From a virus, in the IMG/VR virus record IMGVR_UViG_3300009104_001476: a DNA stretch of 64,000 nt. One strand, written 5' to 3'. Made by a program: the position numbers and the translations under genes. Shown piece after piece: positions 10,601 to 18,300 of the stretch. The number at the start of each line of letters is the position of its first letter. The first letter of the stretch is position 1. Under the pieces are notes generated by a model. The model ran no database searches. It was not told where the DNA came from and saw only the letters and a program-made list of their open reading frames with translations.

Positions 10601-11974
10601 ACCGTTCAGTTTTCAGAGGATGATTTTATTCTCGGGAGACTGGATGCGGGGACTTCTTGGAGCAGTCTAGACTCCGTGCCCGAAAAATATTTAGATACAG
10701 GACTTAATCCGTCTAAGGCTGGTATAAGTTGGAGTAATTTTCATATGGGCTTTGCTAGCTCGTCAGAGAAGCTTCACGGAAACAAATTGTTCGGGGCACA
10801 AGGTTATCCTACCCCCATATCCGTAAATTGTGGAGACGTTATCGGAGACTCTACCTCGAACGACGAAGCCAGAATAAGCACTTACATTGAATGTACCGGA
10901 GGTGTTGATCACCGCGGTGCTGACCCTCGGGATCCTTTGACCCCGGGTCAATCTTGTCGACAATACCTTAATCCAAATTTGGCGCAAGGAAGATTTTCAA
11001 ATTATATTCAACTCCCGTCCCATCATGAGGCAACTCATTCAACGCTTTACATGGTGACGAAAAACTCCCACGCACATCCCCACCATCTGAGGACTTTTCA
11101 AAATGGGATATTAAGAGGCATCAAATACAATGGATGGTATGAGAGCCTTGACCAGAAATTTAGAGAAGATAAAAATTTCCTTTTGTTTGCCGAACACGCA
11201 GATCAATTAAATTCATTTGAGCTGGTAGACGACATGATTAAGTATGGCGGTATGATTGTGCCTAGCAGGCATTCTTTAACTCCTATAAAATTTTCAGATG
11301 GTAGATATTATATATTTGCATTAACGGATCAAAAATTTACTTTACAGAATTTAGTTTACCCATCCTCGAATACAAACAACTGTTTTAAGGAATACGTATC
11401 GGATGTATATGGTTATGGATGGGAGCCATTAAATTATTCTGAGGTTAAAACCGAATTTTGGAATTCTGATAGACCAGAAGGAGTCTATAACTTCGATAGG
11501 TTAATCAAAGATTTAAAACACGGACATCGTTATGACAAATCTATTGGCTGGTTAGATCCTGATAATATGGAGGGTTTTGGAACCAATCATGCAACACAAT
11601 CAAGCAGGCTATTACTCTACAACGATAAGCAATCGGCTGCTACAAAAGTTTTGAACACACACAACGCTTATGATTCTGACTTAGCTAGCAAAACTATAGT
11701 AAGAAATGTAAATTCATCAGATAAGGATGTAGCTTGTGGGACTTGCGGGTTTGATTTAGTAAGTGCTCCTGTCTTAATGAAAATAGAAGTCCCTAATTCT
11801 TTAAATTATTCGGATACTGTACATAATCAAACATGGGGCTCAGATATAACTTATTATAGTGCCGGAGTTACGATAGAGGATTCTGACGTATCACATCTCA
11901 ACAGCGCATACCTCTCCTTTGTTGAAGCTCTGGATCTTAAAAATTATCATGGAACCCATCTAGGCGCATACTAA
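4613..11974 (+). CDS. Giant repeat-built virion protein (six related modules plus an inserted LamG/concanavalin-like domain)
   Basis: 2453 aa; module-start motif EV..WA..(V/I)P..GG.......(F/W)...IK...LR..IKR.NLF.G.NL...LVP.I.D.G occurs six times; LamG-type motifs FDGSSDYL, GDFTIETW, WYHIAAVR, LRLFVNG. Confidence 0.75.
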   Translation: MRNARSKSTFRPRWRRRIAGKAGGQAYPILKSVTSSTGDFIYDPEVSAWAKRVNSAGGSVSNSCLEASSAFIRTIKNQPGLRQKIKRLNLFCGSNLDSSLMPLIIDEGPTQDINHNFASTEYSEKSGIKNSTASGNKYLDTGLDLSWSAVGLTFNDAHIAISTLGANTSSSYKEWIGRDHFSLGSNKENRKLQFRVGEHTIYADNPNPQQGACMGFYLGNCWWGDVSLRLNNRSLENINVSNNSPSNADLSQNFHIFKRNTAYSAPDDFDQTVNFYSIGLGLSDSEATVLYDAVSVFNQAKNRELFEALDIEVWKWANHRIPEAVGDASAHFSSLLVQNASAWMESIKNNNLREKINRANLFLGKSSSNYGYLTSLVPLIIDSGHRTDINNNFLNSDYNLKFGLHGDGATKFLDTGITTRELVSASSNSGHLSVEATSPSPTNTSSSSSNCLIGSKESISTAGGVGMSISLSKTKMTTKAWTALSKSAVPATQGMFTSSIGAGGSNSNARTYFNGAFLSDNSNDIQSTSYDSSLTGSTISLFTLNTVEYGNLGHSSQSIKSYSIGKALTDDEVQNLYAANSNVKRVEIVSDDMDSEVYDWANYRVPANGGLVTQKEAEAVNAWMLKIKTSSGLREKLKRVNLMAGSNLAAKMVPLIVDSGYSKVDKNTNLSEGDSVSTGLRAGDEKSIDTTVKLSDFLTNSSGHFSVKNYASLDTLIMGDTFAHGVITNQSSYSSETSAELLVSSDHVNGSNVFTDSSGAGHAITNHGNTSHQNAVGNPFGSGSAIKFDGSSDYLTVADSASWTFGSGDFTIETWINFSAWESTNFNTIAWFGPVQIDYKRDGGTKQLRMFCYSSGGNTSSIQTWDASLDTWYHIAAVRDSGNLRLFVNGTSLGTPPAHEGNTTLTNATGASAIMARAANSVSGVGSPDRKSAGYIYDFRVSKEAKYSDDFSKPTASFGSTGGPKPALGLTIDSNGVKGYVWDNNRSNAVSYAKLNQATTETKKTVDTSSYSHPTLYSGQPMPYWGYLNTDLPGEEDNQADVSYIVEDNGDHVIDIPQLKQASTWGPGPAAIIVYKNGVIQTHLSDWIHPYAWPIPWSRTLTDLAVGDKIKVVIQYPDWSAPGWEAWPNVWRIGAMENTTVFFKRIVPSTQNALDGLWTVSRTSATASSLYLDGSPVASSTASSNVTNVSDDYVNIMGSYSDDGSIQNHHDNASRIGFYSLGLSLTDAEALTLSEAITAFDTKMRRDLDEEVWDWAYTRVPLNGGSLSESNINNVNTFMLALKTESGLRESIKRLNVFAGSNLSSAMVPLIKDFGDSIEKNYNFTSSDVNQGLNSSGSKYLDTGMSFSELDIISYSNFHVALSRKGNSVSGYANSDAIGNGSIRLNLTNRPVVPVEGADNLIYSGSTITSSTDGSGFLVGTAVNNTETKLYKGSTSSDTGPFDGSSSMSANNFIVCGNQTEAGVVAQFSGRISIYSLGIGLTSGQVSAFNSAVSALELSLERGDFEASNSDAWKWANINVPANGGLVSQKQVTAVNKFMDSISNIHNLRDSIKRMNLFVGENLNAALVPVVSDLGASVETNNNFISSDYISTGPDAGLTGGSGKTLDLKIKARDLGDNFVMALRSNSGSTFDSSSNAPIMGVEEGFSSMTMGSNLGKLSFFTSISSAQTIDTSHYIKTPAIFKDLPRNYNGCDIVGNSILEPSLNTDVGESSCETLENAVSSYDIPNHSFIDSSLSRKILNDRLYCDYRNSDILSRGQQFYGDAGVNFSIDHEKGRNSEGVVALGENGDFCKGFYSVLCSKVEDSNISKLKMYKNGQEMVESQMVNQNIGPAAEIALFGKRNGSVFHSFPSSINIDFYCLGSNAETPDASKNPDVLGDGFLPNEVHNFLIQLDVDLNRKDFQKPDATNGILGNLQTLTSELDPEVSKWANEKVPKVGGKLNPEIVLAVNAWMTKIKERAGLRQKLKRVNLFSSVNLAGALVPIITDEGYPVDLNQGTVQFSEDDFILGRLDAGTSWSSLDSVPEKYLDTGLNPSKAGISWSNFHMGFASSSEKLHGNKLFGAQGYPTPISVNCGDVIGDSTSNDEARISTYIECTGGVDHRGADPRDPLTPGQSCRQYLNPNLAQGRFSNYIQLPSHHEATHSTLYMVTKNSHAHPHHLRTFQNGILRGIKYNGWYESLDQKFREDKNFLLFAEHADQLNSFELVDDMIKYGGMIVPSRHSLTPIKFSDGRYYIFALTDQKFTLQNLVYPSSNTNNCFKEYVSDVYGYGWEPLNYSEVKTEFWNSDRPEGVYNFDRLIKDLKHGHRYDKSIGWLDPDNMEGFGTNHATQSSRLLLYNDKQSAATKVLNTHNAYDSDLASKTIVRNVNSSDKDVACGTCGFDLVSAPVLMKIEVPNSLNYSDTVHNQTWGSDITYYSAGVTIEDSDVSHLNSAYLSFVEALDLKNYHGTHLGAY

Positions 11975-11994
11975 AACTAAAGAAAGGAAAAAAT

Positions 11995-12243
11995 ATGAAA
12001 ATGATTATTCTTAACAACGAAGAACTTTCAGAGTTAGAAAAAATTAACTCAATGAACCTCCACTTGAATAGAGCTATACAAGCTGTAGAGCTAAGTGAGG
12101 GGGAGCATGGTGTAAATTCTGACATTCTTGAAGATCGCGTAACTTGGGAAAAGTGGATTGGTTTTTTACAGGATAAACCAGTAAAAGAAATTGACTTGGC
12201 TGATTTACAAAAAGATATCGACTCTTCTGAAGAAGAAAATTAA
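11995..12243 (+). CDS. Hypothetical protein
   Basis: 82-aa acidic ORF with aaagga RBS, fills the gap between two genes. Confidence 0.6.
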   Translation: MKMIILNNEELSELEKINSMNLHLNRAIQAVELSEGEHGVNSDILEDRVTWEKWIGFLQDKPVKEIDLADLQKDIDSSEEEN

Positions 12244-12276
12244 TATCAAAAGTCTTTCTTTTATATATAATAATTA

Positions 12277-13356
12277 ATGAAGACTTTATGCGCGGCTTTA
12301 ATCGTCAAGAACGAAAGTAATGTAATATCAAGGTGTTTGAGTAGCTTAAAACCTTATATAGATTACTGGCTTGTCTGCGACACCGGCTCTACAGACTCAA
12401 CCAAAGAGATGGTTCAGTCGGAGCTATCAGAAATCCCGGGAGAACTTCATGAAGTTCCTTGGGTTAATTTCGGTCACAACAGGAGCGAGCTTTTACGCTT
12501 AGCTAAGGGGAAAGCTGATTATTTATTATTGATAGACGCAGATGAAACCTTATCTGTCCACGATCCTGATTTTAAAAATAAGTTAAATTTAGATTCTTAT
12601 TTAATAAAATTTGAAGGAGATTTAGAATGGAGGCAAAAGAAGTTAGTTGGTAATCATATTAATTGGGAATACAAAGGCGTTACTCATGAATATATAACTT
12701 CTAATGAGGATAAAAATTTTCAACCGGCAGACTTTATCAGTTTAAATCATTTTTGCGACGGGGCAAGAAGGCCAGAAAAGTTCGAAGACGATATAAGTCT
12801 ATTGAGAAAAGGCATAAAAGAAGAGCCTAAAAATTGTAGATATTGGTTTTATTTGGCTCAGACCCTTTTCGATCTAGGGAGATATAAAAAAGCTTTAAAA
12901 GCTTATGATTCGACAATTCAGCTATCGGAATGGGATGAAGAAATATATTATTCTTTATTTAAAAAAGCCTTATGTTTAAAACATCTTAAGGGCTTTTTTC
13001 CTTATGACCAATTCTTTAAAGCTCATCAATTTCGCCCTTCTAGGTTCGAAGCTATCCATGAGATAATCAGACATTTTAGGGAGAAGGGTTATTACGACAT
13101 GGCTTACTCTTTGTGCAAAAAGGAGATAAATAAGCCTGAAAGTCAAGATTTACTATTCATAGATAAGAGTTTAAACAACTACAAATTAAAAGACGAACTT
13201 GCCGTATGCTCATATTGGGTTGGAGAATTCGAAGAAAGCGGCAGATTAAATGAGGAATTGCTGAAAAACCCAAAAGTGCCAGAATTCGAAAAGAATCGAA
13301 TAAAAACGAACCAGCAGTTTGCTGAAAATAAAATCAAAGAAAAGTGTAATTACTAG
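12277..13356 (+). CDS. GT2 family glycosyltransferase with C-terminal TPR-like repeats
   Basis: LIVKNESNVISRCLSS, DTGSTDST, LLLIDADE (DxD), YKGVTHE; helical C-terminus RYWFYLAQTLFDLGRYKKALKAY. Confidence 0.9.
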   Translation: MKTLCAALIVKNESNVISRCLSSLKPYIDYWLVCDTGSTDSTKEMVQSELSEIPGELHEVPWVNFGHNRSELLRLAKGKADYLLLIDADETLSVHDPDFKNKLNLDSYLIKFEGDLEWRQKKLVGNHINWEYKGVTHEYITSNEDKNFQPADFISLNHFCDGARRPEKFEDDISLLRKGIKEEPKNCRYWFYLAQTLFDLGRYKKALKAYDSTIQLSEWDEEIYYSLFKKALCLKHLKGFFPYDQFFKAHQFRPSRFEAIHEIIRHFREKGYYDMAYSLCKKEINKPESQDLLFIDKSLNNYKLKDELAVCSYWVGEFEESGRLNEELLKNPKVPEFEKNRIKTNQQFAENKIKEKCNY

Positions 13357-13359
13357 CGT

Positions 13360-13875
13360 ATGAAAGTAGTAGACATAGCTGACGAACTGTTTAATGAGTT
13401 AGGAGGGCCCTCAACCCTATCTCTTCCAGCTATCGCTTACTGGTTAAGGACCAATATCGGGACTCTTAGTAATTATTTGAATGAAGAATTTAGTTTAAAT
13501 TCTACGTCTTTAGATATAGAAAAAACAGTAGATGAGGAAAAAGTCCAAATCGATGAAGATGAAAAAGATATTTTAAAAAAGATGTATCATATTCATTATT
13601 ATGATATTTTATTAAGAAATACTTTGGCTGCAGCTGGCACCGATAGCGTTGTCGAAATCCAGTCTGACGATACAAGAGTCAGAAGAATCAACAAAAACGA
13701 ATTAACTAAAACTTATATCAGTTTGAAAAGGACCGAGCAACAAGAGCTTACCAAGTTAACAAACGGGTATAAACTTAAAAAATCTCAGCCTTTACAGATC
13801 GCTGGTGATGATACTATAAAGGGACAGTTTCCTCATAGGACTTACGAAAAAAATAAAAACAGGACTCAGGATTAA
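13360..13875 (+). CDS. Putative neck/head-tail adaptor protein
   Basis: 171 aa, helical; called from its position at the head of the neck/tail cluster only. Confidence 0.45.
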   Translation: MKVVDIADELFNELGGPSTLSLPAIAYWLRTNIGTLSNYLNEEFSLNSTSLDIEKTVDEEKVQIDEDEKDILKKMYHIHYYDILLRNTLAAAGTDSVVEIQSDDTRVRRINKNELTKTYISLKRTEQQELTKLTNGYKLKKSQPLQIAGDDTIKGQFPHRTYEKNKNRTQD

Positions 13876-13878
13876 GCC

Positions 13879-14322
13879 ATGGCTAATTTATTAAGCACTA
13901 CAGACAAGGCTTACTTTACGGGCGTTCTGGGAGATCTTTTCGATACTTTTCAAAGACCCATTAAAGTCCATAAAGAGCCTTTGAAAAAAATCGTAAACCC
14001 TGCTGTAGATGTATACGCAGGGTATGCGGACACGTCTACTCCGGACAATATAGAATTTGTCCCTCAATCTAAAATTTTTGAAGCTATGATATCTTACGTA
14101 GATAAAAGTCAGTCTTCTTTAGATACAGATATAAACATTCAAATACCTAGAAACGCTTCTGTAAGAATTAAAGTTAAACAGGACTGTAGAGATTACATCA
14201 AAACAGGAAGAACTGAAAGGATAGAAATAGACGGAAAAAGCTTTAATGTTATTGGGCAAGAAAGCGTAAAATATAATTTTGGATATTACTTATTTGTATA
14301 TTACTTGGAACTTACAAAATAA
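13879..14322 (+). CDS. Putative head closure/stopper-like protein
   Basis: 147 aa beta-rich (RIEIDGKSFNVIG); called from synteny. Confidence 0.45.
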   Translation: MANLLSTTDKAYFTGVLGDLFDTFQRPIKVHKEPLKKIVNPAVDVYAGYADTSTPDNIEFVPQSKIFEAMISYVDKSQSSLDTDINIQIPRNASVRIKVKQDCRDYIKTGRTERIEIDGKSFNVIGQESVKYNFGYYLFVYYLELTK

Positions 14323-14933
14323 TGGGAAAAATAAATAGACAGGTTTTTAAAAAAGAGATATCGAAAGCCTTTTCGAAAAGTAAGGTTAAGCATTTGGCCT
14401 TTGAGGAAGCTCAAAAAAAAATTGATAGAATTAGAAGAGAGGCTTTGATAGAGTTTAAGCAGCACCCTGTATCAAAAGAATTAAGATCTGGGAAAAGCGC
14501 TAACAACATTTCCAACACTTTGGGAGGCAGAGGAAACCTTTTTACGTTTATAGGGTTCCAAGAAGGAGAAGACCCCACTTTTATTGTGGAGAGAGCCATA
14601 CAAGATATAAGAATAAATAGAACTCCTAGGATCAGAGAGATAGGTAGAAGCGGAAGGTATGAAATAGCTTTTACAGCAACTTTTCCAAATGTAAAAAGTC
14701 TAGAATCTGTTACACCCATGCCTTTCGAAGGCGGCAGAAGCTGGCTAACTGCGATAGAAAGAGGTATCTCTGGCTTAAGTTATTATATTTATAGTAGAGT
14801 TAATGATATAAAAGCTAGTAGGTCTGGCAAGGGCATACAGTCCGATAGCCCTTATATACCGGGATTAAAATATAGACCAGTAGGATATATATCTTCGATA
14901 CTCGGCAAAATAAGAAACAGAATTAAGTCATGA
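14322..14933 (+). CDS. Putative neck/tail completion protein
   Basis: 203 aa, basic, coupled to both neighbours by overlapping stop/start codons; synteny. Confidence 0.45.
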   Translation: MGKINRQVFKKEISKAFSKSKVKHLAFEEAQKKIDRIRREALIEFKQHPVSKELRSGKSANNISNTLGGRGNLFTFIGFQEGEDPTFIVERAIQDIRINRTPRIREIGRSGRYEIAFTATFPNVKSLESVTPMPFEGGRSWLTAIERGISGLSYYIYSRVNDIKASRSGKGIQSDSPYIPGLKYRPVGYISSILGKIRNRIKS

Positions 14934-15796
14934 AAGCTCAATACGAAAATAAGGTAATTTCTAGCACTTTGTTGTGGATGGATCATACCGTAGCCTCTAT
15001 TGGCTCAGGATATACAAATCATAGTTCTTTATTCTATGACGTAGGGAGCCAATGGTATGGATATTACGCTTACGGTTTACCTTACAAACAGGTATTGTCC
15101 GATCATTCTGTTAAGCCTAATGCTCCTACCGACCCGAAGGTAATGACTGGGATATATGTCGATGGCACGTTCACTACACCCGGACAAGGAGACTTGGTTG
15201 ACATAGATTACTCTAACGGGCATGTATATTTCTCTTCAGATCAGGCGGGGAAGACTTTAAGCGGAGATTATGCGGTAAAGGACTTTAATGTCTATTTAAC
15301 GAACAAGACCGATCAAGACTTACTTTTCGAGACCAAGGTGGAAACTAGACCTAAGACCAGCACAAATCCGGCCGCTTTAGAAACTGATGTTATTACATAC
15401 CCAGCGATTTTCATTAAGAATTTAGGTGGAAAAAACGAGCCTTGGGCTTTTGGCGGAGTGGACGAGACTATCACTAATGTTAGGGCTATAGTGCTTGCGG
15501 ACAGTCAATTTAATCTAGACGCATCGTGTTCTATTTTAAAAGATAGGGTCCGAACAAATATAAAGTTAATTGAAGAAAATAATTACCCATTTAATGCTCT
15601 AGGTGGGTACAAATCAAGTGTATATAATTATACGGGATTAGCGGCCGGTTCCACTAGTCACGTATGGGTAAACGATGTTTACGTTTCTCAGTTTAATGTA
15701 GACTACATAAGCGAGATAAAAAACGCTAATCCTGACGTTTATAGCGCTATTGTAGATGTAGATCTGAGAAGCGAAAACAGAATGCCCAGAGCGTAA
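14930..15796 (+). CDS. Putative tail terminator-like structural protein
   Basis: 288 aa immediately upstream of the tail tube; C-terminal YPAIFIK...AWFGG-like segment (PWAFGG) then VRAIVLAD. Confidence 0.45.
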   Translation: MKAQYENKVISSTLLWMDHTVASIGSGYTNHSSLFYDVGSQWYGYYAYGLPYKQVLSDHSVKPNAPTDPKVMTGIYVDGTFTTPGQGDLVDIDYSNGHVYFSSDQAGKTLSGDYAVKDFNVYLTNKTDQDLLFETKVETRPKTSTNPAALETDVITYPAIFIKNLGGKNEPWAFGGVDETITNVRAIVLADSQFNLDASCSILKDRVRTNIKLIEENNYPFNALGGYKSSVYNYTGLAAGSTSHVWVNDVYVSQFNVDYISEIKNANPDVYSAIVDVDLRSENRMPRA

Positions 15797-15865
15797 AATG
15801 TTAATTATTTTAATAAATAATTAAAAAAAGTGTAAAAATAAATATCAACTAAGGATTTAAAAATT

Positions 15866-16984
15866 ATGGGAAAAAATAGAATCATTTATCAGAGTCAGGC
15901 CGTGTATGCCGGGCCCGCCGCCCCTAGTGGAACCTATCTCAATGAGACAGGTGTTGCGGCAGGCGTATCATACGCTCAACCTTCGAACCTCCAACGTGTA
16001 CAGAACGTCAACTATAGCTTTGACATTTCTCGTACAGATGTTAACCAATTTGGTGAGCTAGCAAATATCGACCGGGTTATTCTCGAATCTCCTTCTGTGT
16101 CGCTGGACTTCTCTTACTACTTTGCAGATTTTGCAAACGAGAAGACGCTTGGCTTTACCATCATGAACAACTCTACTCTTAAGTCTTCCATCTCTGGAAT
16201 GCTTAACCGAGTGACCGATGAGAGAAATTATTATGTTAGGGTAGTCAACGAAGGTCAAGACGTTAACGATCTTACTGGGGCGACTACAACTGGCACGGGC
16301 GTTAATGACGTGGTTGCTATCGGTAATGCCTTTTTGGCATCTTACTCTAGTGACGCTTCTGTGGGAGACTTCCCAACTGCAAGTATCACTGTGGAAGCTT
16401 TGAATATCGCTTTCGATAAGGGTACCACAGGAAATATTATTCCTGCCATTAACCCCACTACAGGCGGAAAGAAGACGCAAACATATGCACTTCCAGATGC
16501 AAGCTCGAATGTCCAAAACGATTACTCGGTCGTAAGACCCGGAGATATCACCATGGACCTCGCTACGGGGCTTTTAGGTGCAGACGATGGCGACGTTAAG
16601 ATCCAAAGCTACAGCTTAAGCTTTGACTTGGCTCGTGAGCCACTGCAGCAGCTTGGAAGTAAGTTCGCGTTTGCTCGTGAAATGACCTTCCCTGTTACGG
16701 TTTCTCTATCTGTTGACGCTCTATTGGGCGATCTGCGTACTGGCAACTTGGCTGACCTCGTTTCTGGTGACGGCACCTCGGTGCACGATCTGGTAATCCA
16801 CCTTAAGAGTGGAGGAGACGACCACTGTCAATATCTCTTGAAGCAGGCTAAGCTTGACGGACACAGCTATAGCACCTCGATTGGTGACAACAAGACTGTT
16901 ACGTTGAACTTCAGCTCTCAGATTGGTTCTTCACAGCAAACTGGTGTTGGACTGTTTATGAGTGGTGTTGGACACGACGCATAA
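15866..16984 (+). CDS. Major tail tube protein with two tandem tube-like domains
   Basis: 372 aa; internal duplication RVQNVNYSFDISRTDVNQFG / KIQSYSLSFDLAREPLQQLG; position before chaperones and TMP; followed by a strong terminator. Confidence 0.75.
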   Translation: MGKNRIIYQSQAVYAGPAAPSGTYLNETGVAAGVSYAQPSNLQRVQNVNYSFDISRTDVNQFGELANIDRVILESPSVSLDFSYYFADFANEKTLGFTIMNNSTLKSSISGMLNRVTDERNYYVRVVNEGQDVNDLTGATTTGTGVNDVVAIGNAFLASYSSDASVGDFPTASITVEALNIAFDKGTTGNIIPAINPTTGGKKTQTYALPDASSNVQNDYSVVRPGDITMDLATGLLGADDGDVKIQSYSLSFDLAREPLQQLGSKFAFAREMTFPVTVSLSVDALLGDLRTGNLADLVSGDGTSVHDLVIHLKSGGDDHCQYLLKQAKLDGHSYSTSIGDNKTVTLNFSSQIGSSQQTGVGLFMSGVGHDA

Positions 16985-17007
16985 TAAATCTTAAAAGATT
17001 AAAACAT

Positions 17008-17038
17008 GGGCCCCTCTTTTAGAGGGGTCCTTTTTTTT
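17008..17038 (+). terminator. Rho-independent terminator after the tail tube gene
   Basis: GGGCCCCTCT-TTT-AGAGGGGTCC followed by T8. Confidence 0.9.
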
Positions 17039-17075
17039 GTATTGGAGTGTAAAAACTAGTAAGGAAAAAGGGAAA

Positions 17076-17309
17076 ATGTCTGGCTTTAATCAGGACGGAA
17101 AAGCTAAGGAATTCATATTCTTTCATAATCGTCGTAAGATAATTAATCTCTACAAACAGTATTTATTTTTACTGGAAGATTTAAAAGAAGACTACGATAT
17201 ACCAGATGAAATTTATGAAAGAAATAGGAAGAGAGTGCTTGATTTCGGCAACGACACTATTCGTGAGTTAGAAGAAAATCTGGAAAAATTTGAGATTTAT
17301 TTGAAATAA
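17076..17309 (+). CDS. Hypothetical protein
   Basis: ATG at 17076 after aaggga (track start 17037 lies in the terminator); 77 aa, helical. Confidence 0.65.
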   Translation: MSGFNQDGKAKEFIFFHNRRKIINLYKQYLFLLEDLKEDYDIPDEIYERNRKRVLDFGNDTIRELEENLEKFEIYLK

Positions 17310-17317
17310 ATTATAAT
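17290..17317 (+). promoter_or_regulatory. Possible sigma70-like promoter
   Basis: TTGAGA-N16-TATAAT upstream of ATG 17339. Confidence 0.4.
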
Positions 17318-17338
17318 ATTTAGGCAAAAGGAAAAGTT

Positions 17339-18250
17339 ATGAGGATATTAAACGAGTTCTTTCTCGAGAAAGAGGAAAACGTTGAGGAAGTAGAGACATC
17401 TACCAACGAAAAAGGCGAAGAGATAAAAACTACTAAGTCTGTAAAAAAGCCTGTAAAAAAAACCTTCGTAGTTAAAAAACCAAATCGTTCTCTATACGAT
17501 GAGGCAGAATTATTTTATGGCGTCAAGCTTTCTGAAGGTATCAAAGCGGGTCTTTTAACCCGAGCTCTCTTAGCTAAAAGGTTTAATAACGATGGCGGGA
17601 TTCTTAGCGAAAACGAAAAAGATAAATTTGCTACTCTTTACATGGGTCTTTTTGAAAAACAAGCCAAGCTTCAAAAATTGGAAATGAAAGTAGCTAAGGA
17701 TTTAACAGATAAAGAAAAGAAAGAAAAAGAAAAAATCATTGAAGAGTTAGGCGCGTCTAGGGAAGAAATACAAGAGTTTGAGATGGCTCAAGCGAGCTTA
17801 TTTGATCAAACGGCAGAAAATAGAGCCCGTAATAAAACTATTCTTTGGTGGGTATTACAATTGTCTTATGAAAAAGATGGGGATAATTACATAGAGGTCT
17901 TTTCCGGAGACAGTTACGAAGATAAAGTAGCTGAATATGATCGCTATGAAGATCAGGAAGACGACTTCCTAGATGAAATGCTAAAGAAGCTTTCTTATGT
18001 TGTTAGTTTTTGGTTTGTAACCAAGGCTGATACAAAAGAAGAGTTAGACGTTTTATTAAATACTGCTGACGAAGAAGAGATCACAGGGGAGCCTTCTCAA
18101 GAAAAACCTGAAGAAAAACCTGAAGAAAAACCTAAAGAAAAACCTAAAGAAGAGCTTGAAGAAAAGACTAAAGAAAAACCCGTAAAAAAAACAAATCGGA
18201 CAAAAAAAGTTGATAACGATAAGTCCAAAGTTGAAAAAGAAGAAAAATAA
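17339..18250 (+). CDS. Putative tail assembly chaperone with charged EKP(E/K) tail
   Basis: 303 aa, lies between tube and TMP; low-complexity K/E/P C-terminus. Confidence 0.55.
   Translation: MRILNEFFLEKEENVEEVETSTNEKGEEIKTTKSVKKPVKKTFVVKKPNRSLYDEAELFYGVKLSEGIKAGLLTRALLAKRFNNDGGILSENEKDKFATLYMGLFEKQAKLQKLEMKVAKDLTDKEKKEKEKIIEELGASREEIQEFEMAQASLFDQTAENRARNKTILWWVLQLSYEKDGDNYIEVFSGDSYEDKVAEYDRYEDQEDDFLDEMLKKLSYVVSFWFVTKADTKEELDVLLNTADEEEITGEPSQEKPEEKPEEKPKEKPKEELEEKTKEKPVKKTNRTKKVDNDKSKVEKEEK
18101..18148 (+). repeat. Four 12-bp tandem repeats GAAAAACCTRAA (EKPE/EKPK)
   Basis: read directly. Confidence 0.9.
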
Positions 18251-18264
18251 AAATTGATCTTCTT

Positions 18265-18296
18265 AGCCCCACCCGAAAGGTGGGGCTTATTTTTTT
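18265..18296 (+). terminator. Rho-independent terminator
   Basis: AGCCCCACC-CGAAA-GGTGGGGCT followed by a T-tract. Confidence 0.85.
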
Positions 18297-18300
18297 ATAA

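Noticed and set aside
18184-18300. Lambda G/GT-type -1 frameshift joining the two chaperone genes (A8 run at 18184-18191; GAAAAAT at the stop)
   Set aside because: The downstream gene is in the -1 frame, but slipping at 18184 hits TGA within 8 codons, and slipping at the gene end hits TAA at 18298-18300. A terminator hairpin also lies between the genes.
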